From a virus (Duplodnaviria > Caudoviricetes), in the IMG/VR virus record IMGVR_UViG_3300017774_002082, positions 1-32,414 of that record: DNA of 32,414 nucleotides; one strand, written 5' to 3'. Below are positions 24,875 through 32,414 of the stretch, piece by piece. Within the stretch, counting starts at the first letter, position 1, and every line of letters begins with the position of its first letter. The notes under the pieces were generated by a model. The model was not told where the DNA came from, ran no database searches, and worked only from the letters and a program-made list of their open reading frames with translations. Both the position numbers and the translations under genes were made by a program.

Positions 24875-25660
24875 ATGGGGAAGAATCATCTAGGGATGGT
24901 TGCCGCAGCAACCATTGTCGCCGCACTAGGGCTGGCATCCTGCACGGGTGTCAGCCCTTCGTCATTTTACGAGCAGCAGGAAACCGAAAAGTATAAAGTG
25001 ATAGATCACATTATTGGGTGTAATGTGGTGGTGATGTATCCCGATGGAGTTGGTTCTGGCGTTGTGTATCGGAAAAATGGTAAGCATTATGTGCTTACGG
25101 CATCTCATATCATTGCCGATACTCCCGAAATAATAACCCAAGATCCCAAAGGGGATGATCTTTCCGAACCCTTGGTCAATCAAACATTTGGAACAAAACC
25201 AATTCTCATTTGTTCAAAAGACAATGAAGACAGTCTTCAATTTGCATCCGTAGGAAAAGTTGCATATGTTGATCCCCATAACGATTTCGCAATCTTGGAA
25301 TTAGAAAGAGAGCCACCAAATGAAATACAAAGTTCTGAATTCTACACAGGAAAAGTTAGGGTTGGTGAAAGAGTTTTTACAGTCGGCAACACAACGCTTG
25401 ATGCAAACAATGTTTCATCGGGCATCATCCAACACGCCAACCGCGATCCTCTTGCCGATCCTTCGGACAGGAAGTTCATTCAAACGGACTGCGCGGGAGG
25501 ACCAGGATTGAGTGGAGGCGGTCTATACCGAGCAATAGATGGCAAATGCATCGGTATTGTTATCATAAAAAATTCAACAGGGCAATGTTTATATGCGATG
25601 CCTATTACTAAAATCAGAGAGGTGCTTTCTAATTCTTCAAGAAAGGATCTTACGCCATAA
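24875..25660 (+). CDS. Trypsin-like (S1C/HtrA-type, no PDZ) serine protease with lipoprotein signal peptide
   Basis: GSGVV, VLTASHI (His), NDFAILEL (Asp), IQTDC..GPGLSGGGL (Ser); hydrophobic N-terminus with LASC lipobox. Confidence 0.85.
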   Translation: MGKNHLGMVAAATIVAALGLASCTGVSPSSFYEQQETEKYKVIDHIIGCNVVVMYPDGVGSGVVYRKNGKHYVLTASHIIADTPEIITQDPKGDDLSEPLVNQTFGTKPILICSKDNEDSLQFASVGKVAYVDPHNDFAILELEREPPNEIQSSEFYTGKVRVGERVFTVGNTTLDANNVSSGIIQHANRDPLADPSDRKFIQTDCAGGPGLSGGGLYRAIDGKCIGIVIIKNSTGQCLYAMPITKIREVLSNSSRKDLTP

Positions 25661-25692
25661 GTCGGGGGCTATAGAAAACTCCTCTGTAACGC

Positions 25693-25720
25693 TTGACTTC
25701 CTGCGGGGATTGGTTATACT
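25693..25720 (+). promoter_or_regulatory. Sigma70-like promoter for the second clamp module
   Basis: TTGACT-16 nt-TATACT; AAGGA RBS before ATG 25747. Confidence 0.7.
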
Positions 25721-25746
25721 GTTCACAACCCCGAAAGGATTACACC

Positions 25747-26454
25747 ATGAAGATCAGTCAAGACACACTCGCCATCCTGAAGAATTTCAGCACGATCAAT
25801 AGCAACCTCCTCGTCAAGGAGGGAAGCACTCTCACCACGATTAGCCCAACGAAGAACATTCTCGCAGAGGCGAATGTCACCGAGACCTTTGATGTTGAGT
25901 TCGGTATTTGGGATCTATCCAAGTTCCTCGCTACGGTGAGCCTGTTCAAGGATCCCGAGTTTGAGTTCACCGAAGATCATGTTGAGATCTCCTCCGAAGG
26001 CAGCAAGGCATCGGTGAAGTATTACTACAGCGAACCTGAACTTCTCGTCAAGGCAGACAAGAAGTTGAAGATGCCGTCCACGCCCGTAAACTTCACGCTG
26101 ACGAGCAAGGATTACAACGAGTTGCAGAAGGCTGCATCTGTACTTCAGGCTCCTGATCTTGCGCTTGAGTCTACTGAGGACGGTCGCATGATCCTGCGCG
26201 TGTTTGATCGCAAGGATTCCACAAGCCACTCCTACAGCATTGATGTAGGCGAGAACAAGAGCGGGACATCATTCTCTTTCCTGTTCAAGACGGAAAACCT
26301 GAAGATGATTCCTGGCACCTACGAAGTGGGTATCAGCGAGAAGAAGGTCAGTCAGTTCCGCAACGCGAACGGCACTACCTATTGGATCTCCCTTGAAGCC
26401 GACAGCGTGTTTGAGGGTTCCAACAGCAAGGTAGGTAATGTCGCTACTCGTTGA
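25747..26454 (+). CDS. gp45: Sliding clamp gp45, copy 2
   Basis: MKISQDTLAILKNFSTINSNL, KNILAEA, FGIWDLSKFL, ENLKMIPG.Y.V.IS, YWISLEADS. Confidence 0.95.
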   Translation: MKISQDTLAILKNFSTINSNLLVKEGSTLTTISPTKNILAEANVTETFDVEFGIWDLSKFLATVSLFKDPEFEFTEDHVEISSEGSKASVKYYYSEPELLVKADKKLKMPSTPVNFTLTSKDYNELQKAASVLQAPDLALESTEDGRMILRVFDRKDSTSHSYSIDVGENKSGTSFSFLFKTENLKMIPGTYEVGISEKKVSQFRNANGTTYWISLEADSVFEGSNSKVGNVATR

Positions 26455-27367
26455 AAAGTATCGTCCGACCAAGATTGCAGACTGCGTACTTCCGAATGAC
26501 ATCAAGAAGATGTTTGAGGATATCGCCAAGACAGGCGATGTTCCCAACATGATTCTCAATGGAGGTGCGGGTTGCGGCAAGACTACGGTAGCCAAGGCAC
26601 TATGCAACGAACTAGGTATTGATTACCTGTTCGTGAACGCAAGTGAGGACAGCGGTATTGATGTATTGCGAACTCGTATTCGCAACTTTGCATCTACCGT
26701 TGCCCTTGGCGGGGGGAAGAAGGTTGTCATCCTTGACGAGGCTGACTATCTCAATCCGCAGTCTACGCAACCCGCACTCCGTGGGTTCATTGAAGAGTTC
26801 GCAGCAAACTGTCGGTTCATTATGACTTGCAACTTCAAGAGCAGGATCATTGAACCGCTGCACTCGCGTTGCACGGTGGTTGACTTCAAGATTCCCAACA
26901 AGGAGAAGCCGACACTCGCGCAAGACTTCCTTGCCCGTGCGAAGTTCGTGATGGACAGCGAAGAGATTGCTTACGATGAGAAGGTAGTTGCACAACTCAT
27001 CGTCAAGAATTTTCCTGACTTCCGCAGAGTGTTGAATCTGATTCAGCGTTACTCTGTTTCGGGATCCATTGACAGCGGGATCATGGCGACATCTTCGGAT
27101 ATCACCGTCAAGAATCTGATTGACGCGATGAAGAAGAAGGACTTCAACAGCATCCGTAAGTGGGCGGTTGACAATGCCGACAAGGAGATGGCAAGTATCT
27201 TTCGCAGGATCTATGATGCTTTGCAGGACAACATTGAGCAGTCTTCAATTCCACAAGCAGTTCTGATTCTCTCGGAATATCAGTATAAGTCTGCCTTCGT
27301 TGCCGATCAGGAAATCAACCTTGTTGCTTGCTGTCTGATGCTTGCCTCTGATTGCGCTTTCCGATAA
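26438..27367 (+). CDS. gp44: Clamp loader AAA+ subunit gp44, copy 2
   Basis: LVEKYRP, GGAGCGKTT, VILDEADYL, LHSRC, FPDFRR, YQYKSAFVADQEINL. Confidence 0.97.
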   Translation: MSLLVEKYRPTKIADCVLPNDIKKMFEDIAKTGDVPNMILNGGAGCGKTTVAKALCNELGIDYLFVNASEDSGIDVLRTRIRNFASTVALGGGKKVVILDEADYLNPQSTQPALRGFIEEFAANCRFIMTCNFKSRIIEPLHSRCTVVDFKIPNKEKPTLAQDFLARAKFVMDSEEIAYDEKVVAQLIVKNFPDFRRVLNLIQRYSVSGSIDSGIMATSSDITVKNLIDAMKKKDFNSIRKWAVDNADKEMASIFRRIYDALQDNIEQSSIPQAVLILSEYQYKSAFVADQEINLVACCLMLASDCAFR

Positions 27368-27370
27368 ATA
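27363..27370 (+). promoter_or_regulatory. T4-type late promoter GATAAATA overlapping the gp44-2 stop
   Basis: Followed by AGGAGG RBS and ATG 27390. Confidence 0.6.
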
Positions 27371-27389
27371 CTTGGAACAGGAGGTAGCG

Positions 27390-28124
27390 ATGATAGACAA
27401 GAAAGTTCAAAGTTTAAATGATCTATCCATCTCTATACACTTGATCAACAAGAAGTATAAGATCAAGGAGTTCATTGACGAGTATCGCAAACAGATTTCC
27501 GAAGTGAACGATTTGCTCCGCGAGGAGTTGATTGCTGCGAATGGACTATCCAATCCCGTGCAGAAGGTCATACAAGTCAGTCAACAATTGACCGAACAAG
27601 AAATAGACAAGACTGTCGCTATTGTTGAAAGTCTCTCAAGCAAGTACGACTACAATTCATACATTGAAGAGTGCGAAAAGATTCGTAGGGTTTTCATGCA
27701 AGAGCGTGACGACTACTTTGCAATCAAGGCAACCAAGAGCCAAGCAAAGATCATTGATGAGGTCACTACTCTTTTTGAATTGACAGGTGCGTCCGAACTG
27801 ATTCTTTCGAAATGGCTTGACGCAATTGTTGAAAAAGTGAATCCCAAGACTTTGGAAATTCACTACGAAGATATTGACGGCAAGAAGAAGAAGGCAAAAG
27901 TCAAGTATCGCAATGCAGGTTTCAATGATGATTTCGTAGAAGCCCCACTCATTGATAGATATCATGGCATCAATGCATATGACTCATTTCTGTTGCACTC
28001 TTTCTTTGATGCCGACAAAAACAAGTGGATCTACATTCCTGTGAAGTTGATTATTTCCATACAGGCAGACGAGGATCTTGAGGACATACTGAATGTTAAT
28101 GATGAAAAGAAGGGCAAGAAATGA
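27390..28124 (+). CDS. Hypothetical protein inserted between gp44 and gp62 (helical N-terminus, possible SH3/WYL-like C-terminus)
   Basis: 244-aa ORF with AGGAGG RBS; C-terminal LEIHYEDIDG...FFDADKNKW.YIPV..I.SI. Confidence 0.75.
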   Translation: MIDKKVQSLNDLSISIHLINKKYKIKEFIDEYRKQISEVNDLLREELIAANGLSNPVQKVIQVSQQLTEQEIDKTVAIVESLSSKYDYNSYIEECEKIRRVFMQERDDYFAIKATKSQAKIIDEVTTLFELTGASELILSKWLDAIVEKVNPKTLEIHYEDIDGKKKKAKVKYRNAGFNDDFVEAPLIDRYHGINAYDSFLLHSFFDADKNKWIYIPVKLIISIQADEDLEDILNVNDEKKGKK

Positions 28125-28507
28125 ATCCGTTTGAGTTCGTGAAGAGTATCAATGAGAAGACGGGAAATCTACTAGAGGGGAACCAAGACTTGGAGAAGGC
28201 ATACACGCCTTTTCTAGTCAACCGTGGTCTATCCTTCACCGCAGATACCCTGCTTGCCGCCAACGAGATGAACGCTGCGCCATTCCTAGACAAGCGAATG
28301 CAGTATGACTATCTGTATGCCACCGTCCGAAAGCGCAAGCGATTTGCCAAGTGGATCAAGGCAGAGGAGGACGATCTAGAGGATATGATCGTAGAGTATT
28401 TCGGAGTTAGTCGCCGCAGGGCAACCGAATACGCTACCATGCTGACCACCGAAGATGTGCAGAATATCAAGCAAAAGTTGAATAAAGGTGGAACAAAGAA
28501 GTCTTGA
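28121..28507 (+). CDS. gp62: Clamp loader small subunit gp62, copy 2
   Basis: MNPFEFVKSIN, Y.PFLVNRGLS...DT...ANEMN, MQYDYL...VRKRKRFAKW.K, ends KGG. Confidence 0.93.
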   Translation: MNPFEFVKSINEKTGNLLEGNQDLEKAYTPFLVNRGLSFTADTLLAANEMNAAPFLDKRMQYDYLYATVRKRKRFAKWIKAEEDDLEDMIVEYFGVSRRRATEYATMLTTEDVQNIKQKLNKGGTKKS

Positions 28508-28519
28508 AATTTCTTATGA

Positions 28520-28548
28520 CTAAATACTCCTGATACGACATTCAGGAG
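28520..28548 (+). promoter_or_regulatory. Late promoter CTAAATA plus RBS-sequestering hairpin before regA copy 2
   Basis: CTAAATA 28520-26; CTCCTGA (28527-33) pairs with TCAGGAG (28542-48), which contains the SD. Confidence 0.7.
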
Positions 28549-28555
28549 AATCGTC

Positions 28556-28966
28556 ATGGATTTATCAAACTTCATTGAAGTGACCCTACCACAGCAGGAA
28601 AACTTCCTAAAGGTCAAGGAAACGCTGACACGAATCGGTATCTCTTCCAAGACCGAAAACAAACTATTTCAGTCTTGCCATATCCTTCATAAGAAAGGCA
28701 AGTACTACATTGTTCACTTCAAGGAACTGTTCATGTTGGATGGTATGCCAACGACATTCCCTGAAAGCGACCAAGCCCGTAGAAACACAATTGCAAACCT
28801 GTTGGCAGAGTGGGGATTGATCTCTCTGGTTGAACCTGCCAAAAGCAAGGATCCTGTAGTTCCTGTTTCATATTTAAAAATCCTGCCTTTCGGAGAGAAG
28901 CGGGATTGGGAACTTGTACCGAAGTACAACATCGGCAGGAAAAGATCTGCCGAACCCCTTGACTGA
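28556..28966 (+). CDS. regA: Translational repressor RegA, copy 2
   Basis: NFLKVKETLTRIGI, LFQSCHILHKKGKYYIVHFKELF.LDG, RRNTIANLL.EWGL, WELVPKYNIG. Confidence 0.97.
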   Translation: MDLSNFIEVTLPQQENFLKVKETLTRIGISSKTENKLFQSCHILHKKGKYYIVHFKELFMLDGMPTTFPESDQARRNTIANLLAEWGLISLVEPAKSKDPVVPVSYLKILPFGEKRDWELVPKYNIGRKRSAEPLD

Positions 28967-28987
28967 CAACTGAATCGGTGATACAAT
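28959..28987 (+). promoter_or_regulatory. Sigma70-like promoter for dUTPase copy 2
   Basis: TTGACT-17 nt-TACAAT; shares GTGATACAATCCC with the promoter of dUTPase copy 1. Confidence 0.72.
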
Positions 28988-28996
28988 CCCTACACT

Positions 28997-29527
28997 ATGA
29001 ACCACGCGCTTACCCTTAAGTGTCACTTGCTCCATACCGATATCTCTGACCTGACTTTTGGGTCGGAAGAGTCAGCGTGTTTTGATCTACGAGCATACTT
29101 TGCCAAGAACGCCACTCGCATTGAGGGCTTCAATGCAGACTCCGTAAAGATCAGTAGTCCTATCGTGACTGATGGGGAGACTCGTTGTGCTGTTGTCAAT
29201 CCTGGCGAACGCATGATGATTCCAACGGGATTGGTCTTTGATATCCCCGTAGGCTTCTCCATTCGTATTCATGCTCGTTCAGGGCTTGCTCTCAAGGCAG
29301 GACTTGTGATGGCAAACTCGGAAGGTGTCATTGATTCGGACTACACCGAAGAGACCAAGATCATCGTCCTGAACATCAGCAACATTCCAATCCGAATCAA
29401 TCATGGAGACCGTATCGCTCAAGCCGAAATGGTTCCCGTGCTTTCTTACGACATCTGCACCACCACAGAGCGCATCAATCAAAAGACGAGCAGAGCGGGT
29501 GGCTTTGGCTCAACGGGGATTTCATAA
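28997..29527 (+). CDS. dut: Trimeric dUTPase, copy 2
   Basis: SACFDL, ARSGLA, GVIDSDY, RIAQ, RAGGFGSTG. Confidence 0.95.
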   Translation: MNHALTLKCHLLHTDISDLTFGSEESACFDLRAYFAKNATRIEGFNADSVKISSPIVTDGETRCAVVNPGERMMIPTGLVFDIPVGFSIRIHARSGLALKAGLVMANSEGVIDSDYTEETKIIVLNISNIPIRINHGDRIAQAEMVPVLSYDICTTTERINQKTSRAGGFGSTGIS

Positions 29528-30063
29528 TGAACAGAGAAGAACTACTCAACACTCACGAAACGCTTTGCAACAAGTCTCGCGCTCTCATGCGTAAGAAGAA
29601 TGCAGACTATGCAGGAGGGCGTGGTGTTGAACCATTCGCCAACTTCACTCGCTGCGAAGCGATGGGTATCTGCAAGACCGAAGCAGGAATGCTCGTTCGC
29701 ATGACCGACAAGATGAGCCGACTCTCTTCCTTCCTTGAGTCTGGTAAGTTTGAAGTTGCTGACGAATCCCTAGAAGACACAACACTTGACATTATCAACT
29801 ACGCCGTGCTGCTTTATGCGTATGTGGCTGATAAGAAGAATGTGACAGAAAATTCAACGAGCGCGATCAATCTTGCCGATACTAATAAGGGACAAGTGTT
29901 CCTCAAGGAGACAAATGTAAATGAGCAAGATGTGGAAGGTCATGGTTATCAAACTCGCAGTCCTGTCGCTTCTCGTAATGGTTGCTGCAACGGCACCAAG
30001 AGCAGCATTGACACGCTACGCGAAACTCTTGGAAGCGATTCGTCAGGTAGAGTCACACGGTAA
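29527..30063 (+). CDS. DUF1599/Nmad1-like protein, copy 2 (C-terminal extension overlaps next gene)
   Basis: KKNADYAG...PFANF, VRMTDKMSRL, DESLEDT.LDIINY; aligns by eye with copy 1 over about 100 aa. Confidence 0.75.
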   Translation: MNREELLNTHETLCNKSRALMRKKNADYAGGRGVEPFANFTRCEAMGICKTEAGMLVRMTDKMSRLSSFLESGKFEVADESLEDTTLDIINYAVLLYAYVADKKNVTENSTSAINLADTNKGQVFLKETNVNEQDVEGHGYQTRSPVASRNGCCNGTKSSIDTLRETLGSDSSGRVTR

Positions 30064-30346
30064 TCCGAATCTTGTCGGGGACAACGGCAAGGCAATTGGT
30101 TCGTTTCAGATTTGGCGAACCTATTGGCAGGATGCTGTTGAGCATGACAAGACCATCGGTGGTAAGTATGAGGACTGCAAGAATGATGAGTATGCCAAGC
30201 GCATCGTTCTCGCCTATTGGGATCGCTATGCTCCCAAGAACGCAACGAATGAACAGTTGGCACGGATTCATAACGGCGGTCCTCAAGGTTGGAAGAACTC
30301 CAACACCATCAAGTATTGGAACAAGGTAAAGAAAGAATTGAAATGA
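29921..30346 (+). CDS. Invertebrate-type (destabilase-like) lysozyme with N-terminal hydrophobic signal/SAR segment
   Basis: AI.QVES, G.FQI...YW.DA, C, Y..RYA, LARIHNGGP.G, T.KYW.KV; AAGGAG RBS. Start may be 29921 or 29930. Confidence 0.8.
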   Translation: MSKMWKVMVIKLAVLSLLVMVAATAPRAALTRYAKLLEAIRQVESHGNPNLVGDNGKAIGSFQIWRTYWQDAVEHDKTIGGKYEDCKNDEYAKRIVLAYWDRYAPKNATNEQLARIHNGGPQGWKNSNTIKYWNKVKKELK

Positions 30347-30618
30347 GTAAATTTAAAACAATTGGCAAGTGGGTCGCCCTTCAGACCGAAGGGCTTGGCA
30401 AGGAAAAGACAACCGAGTCGGGCATCATTTATAAAGAGAAGATCACCAATCCCAACATTTGGAGCAGGGTTGTTGGTGTCGGTGACAAGATCACCGAGGA
30501 TATTAAAGTTGGCGACATGGTGCTTTGGGACTTGACCAAGGGTAAGGGTCGCGGGTATGCTAGTATGGATCTAGTCCATCAGGACGATATCCTAGCCGTA
30601 GAAAGAGATAACACATGA
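30343..30618 (+). CDS. GroES-like co-chaperonin
   Basis: EKTTESGII mobile loop, VVGVG, IKVGD.VL, DILAVE. Confidence 0.85.
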   Translation: MSKFKTIGKWVALQTEGLGKEKTTESGIIYKEKITNPNIWSRVVGVGDKITEDIKVGDMVLWDLTKGKGRGYASMDLVHQDDILAVERDNT

Positions 30619-31010
30619 GCAACCCATTCGGATATTCGTATTACCTTGATATGTACAACTGCCGCATCGGTGCAGCCGATGACTTGGAGTTGCACTACCG
30701 CTTTCTTGAGCGCGTTGTGGACAAGATCGGCATGACCCGTATGTCACAGCCCGTAGTCATGCACGGTCCAACCAACCACGGCACGGAACTGTATCCCGAC
30801 AAGGCAGGGGTGAGCGGTTGGGTTCCACTCATTGAGAGCGGAATTCAGATTCACTCAATGGAGCCAAAGCGGTTCATCACGCTTGATGTGTACTCTTGCA
30901 AGAAGTTTGACAAGCAGATCATTCTTGACTACGCACATGAGTGCTTTGGCTTTGTGGGGCATGAAGAGCAATTCTTTGAGCGTGGCAGGTTCTACGGCGA
31001 CATTTCCTGA
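30615..31010 (+). CDS. speD: S-adenosylmethionine decarboxylase proenzyme (SpeD class 1B-like)
   Basis: G....LD.Y.C, GVSGW..LIES(cleavage)GIQIH, LDVYSCK.FD, ERG. Confidence 0.82.
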   Translation: MSNPFGYSYYLDMYNCRIGAADDLELHYRFLERVVDKIGMTRMSQPVVMHGPTNHGTELYPDKAGVSGWVPLIESGIQIHSMEPKRFITLDVYSCKKFDKQIILDYAHECFGFVGHEEQFFERGRFYGDIS

Positions 31011-31024
31011 TGCGGGGGTGAGGG

Positions 31025-31780
31025 GTGGCATACAAAGATAAAGCCAAACAAAAGGCTAATCAAAAGGCTTACTATGAAGCCTGCCGTGAACATATACGCG
31101 CAAAGCAGAAGGCTTACCAAGAAGAACACCGCGAACATATAGCAGAAAAGCGAAAGGCTTATCGTCAGAGCCACCATGAAAAGGTATTAGCACAGGAAAA
31201 GGCTTCTCGTAAAAAATATCCACCTAGAGACAGAAAATCATACCGAACTCTTTATAGAGAACGAATAGCAAGAAACCGCAGGGAATACTATCTCTCTCAT
31301 AAAGAAAAAGAGTCGGAACAACGAAAAAAATATGCATCATCAAATCCCGATGTAATATCAGAAATAAACAGGAAGAGAAGAGCAAACAAAAAAAATGCTA
31401 CGGTGTGCCTGACATTAAACGAGAAACAATCGTTGCTTCTTTTAGAACGCACTCGCAGAGAACTTCAAAATGAAACAGGACGAGAGTATCACATAGACCA
31501 TATTCTTCCAATTGTTCACGGAGGAATACATCACCCCGTCAATTTGAGAATACTTGATGGCAGGGAAAATCTGTCCAAGCAAGATAAACTCCTTCCCGAA
31601 GCAATTGCACTTGCGCCTGAACACTTCCGCCTGTATAGTGAGCGAATCAGTCCTGAACGCGCATGGGAGTTTGTGTGCCAACTCGCGGAAGGATTGGGAT
31701 TGGGTGAAGACGATTTAGACGCGCTGATCACGGGCAAGCCGATGAAGAACAAGAGTACACTAGAGGATTTCATGGCATGA
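31025..31780 (+). CDS. HNH endonuclease with N-terminal basic repeats
   Basis: YHIDHILPI..GG.H.P.NLRIL...ENLSK.DK; AT-rich relative to flanks; GTG start. Confidence 0.85.
   Translation: MAYKDKAKQKANQKAYYEACREHIRAKQKAYQEEHREHIAEKRKAYRQSHHEKVLAQEKASRKKYPPRDRKSYRTLYRERIARNRREYYLSHKEKESEQRKKYASSNPDVISEINRKRRANKKNATVCLTLNEKQSLLLLERTRRELQNETGREYHIDHILPIVHGGIHHPVNLRILDGRENLSKQDKLLPEAIALAPEHFRLYSERISPERAWEFVCQLAEGLGLGEDDLDALITGKPMKNKSTLEDFMA
31061..31205 (+). repeat. Degenerate 45-bp (15-aa) tandem repeat in the HNH N-terminus
   Basis: Units begin at 31061, 31106, 31151 and 31196, each with nnnAAGGCTT: QKAYYEACREHIRAK / QKAYQEEHREHIAEK / RKAYRQSHHEKVLAQ / EKAS. Confidence 0.8.
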
Positions 31781-32414
31781 ACACACACCGCATCATTCTT
31801 GGCGACTGTATTGAGGGCATGAAGACGCTGCCTGACGGCTGCGTTCAGACTTGCATCACATCTCCTCCTTACTTCGGGCTTCGTGATTACGGAACTGCGA
31901 ATTGGAAGGGTGGCGATTCAAACTGCGACCATGTTGCCGATCCGACCAAGACAAAGAAGTTTGGCAATCCCGCATTCAACGAAAACCGTCCAAGCCGCGA
32001 ACAGACAAAGGTTGAAGGTTATTACTACAAGGATGTCTGTGGCAAGTGTGGCGCGACCTGTGAGGATTCGCAGATCGGTCAGGAGGACACCGTTGAGGGG
32101 TATGTAGAAAAGATGGTGGAGGTGTTCCGCGAGGTGAAGCGAATTCTGCGTGATGACGGTACGCTGTGGCTGAACCTTGGCGACTCGTACATGAGTGCAA
32201 AGAACTGCGCCCCACCACCGCAGACTGTTGGCGGTCAGCGCGGTATGCCTTCGGACTTCATTCCTGGTAACCGTAAGGATCAGAAGGGGCTGAAGACAAA
32301 GGACTTGATCGGCATTCCGTGGCGCGTAGCGTTTGCGCTGCAAGCGGACGGGTGGTATCTGCGGCAGGACATTATTTGGAGCAAGCCCAATCCCATGCCT
32401 GAAAGCGTGGAAGA
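31777..32414 (+). CDS. Site-specific DNA methyltransferase (N4-C/N6-A, beta class), 3' end outside window; missed by ORF track
   Basis: MNTHRIILGDCIEGMKTLPDGCVQTCITSPPYFGLRDYG, IGQE.T...YV..MV.VF.EV.R.L.DDGTLWLNLGDSY, KDL.GIPWRVAFALQADGWYLRQDIIW.KPNPMPESV. Confidence 0.93.
   Translation, partial: MNTHRIILGDCIEGMKTLPDGCVQTCITSPPYFGLRDYGTANWKGGDSNCDHVADPTKTKKFGNPAFNENRPSREQTKVEGYYYKDVCGKCGATCEDSQIGQEDTVEGYVEKMVEVFREVKRILRDDGTLWLNLGDSYMSAKNCAPPPQTVGGQRGMPSDFIPGNRKDQKGLKTKDLIGIPWRVAFALQADGWYLRQDIIWSKPNPMPESVE

Noticed and set aside
31061-31205. Possible CRISPR-like or DGR repeat
   Set aside because: Units are in-frame, degenerate coding repeats with no constant repeat/spacer structure; no cas or reverse transcriptase gene in the window.
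1-32414. Stop-codon recoding or introns/inteins in core genes
   Set aside because: Core genes are full length under the standard code, no suppressor tRNA is present, and none shows an interruption.

Overview
A 32.4 kb fragment of a large T4-like (Tevenvirinae-style/'far-T4') dsDNA myophage. Every credible gene is on the + strand, and many are coupled by ATGA/TAATG overlaps. Order: gp47 (3' end), gp46, conserved hypothetical, RNase H, gp45 clamp, gp44, gp62, regA, then a ~12.6 kb glycan island (glycosyltransferases, methyltransferases, Zn-dehydrogenase, ThDP E1 alpha/beta, ADP-heptose-type enzymes), late genes, dUTPase, DUF1599/Nmad1-like, a candidate head-packaged protein, sigma70-driven early genes, 3 tRNAs plus a candidate structured RNA, and a lipoprotein protease. 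A SECOND diverged gp45-gp44-(insert)-gp62-regA-dUTPase-DUF1599 module follows, then an i-type lysozyme, GroES-like co-chaperonin, SpeD, an HNH nuclease and a DNA methyltransferase (cut by the window end). The strongest candidates for new biology are: (1) two intact, diverged clamp/clamp-loader/RegA/dUTPase modules whose cis-regulatory architecture is also conserved; (2) a possibly late-expressed nucleotide-sugar island that may make a ThDP-derived branched sugar and NDP-heptose; (3) a possibly pseudoknotted RNA in the tRNA cluster. All assignments come from motif recognition by eye; no searches were run, and a chimeric assembly cannot be excluded.
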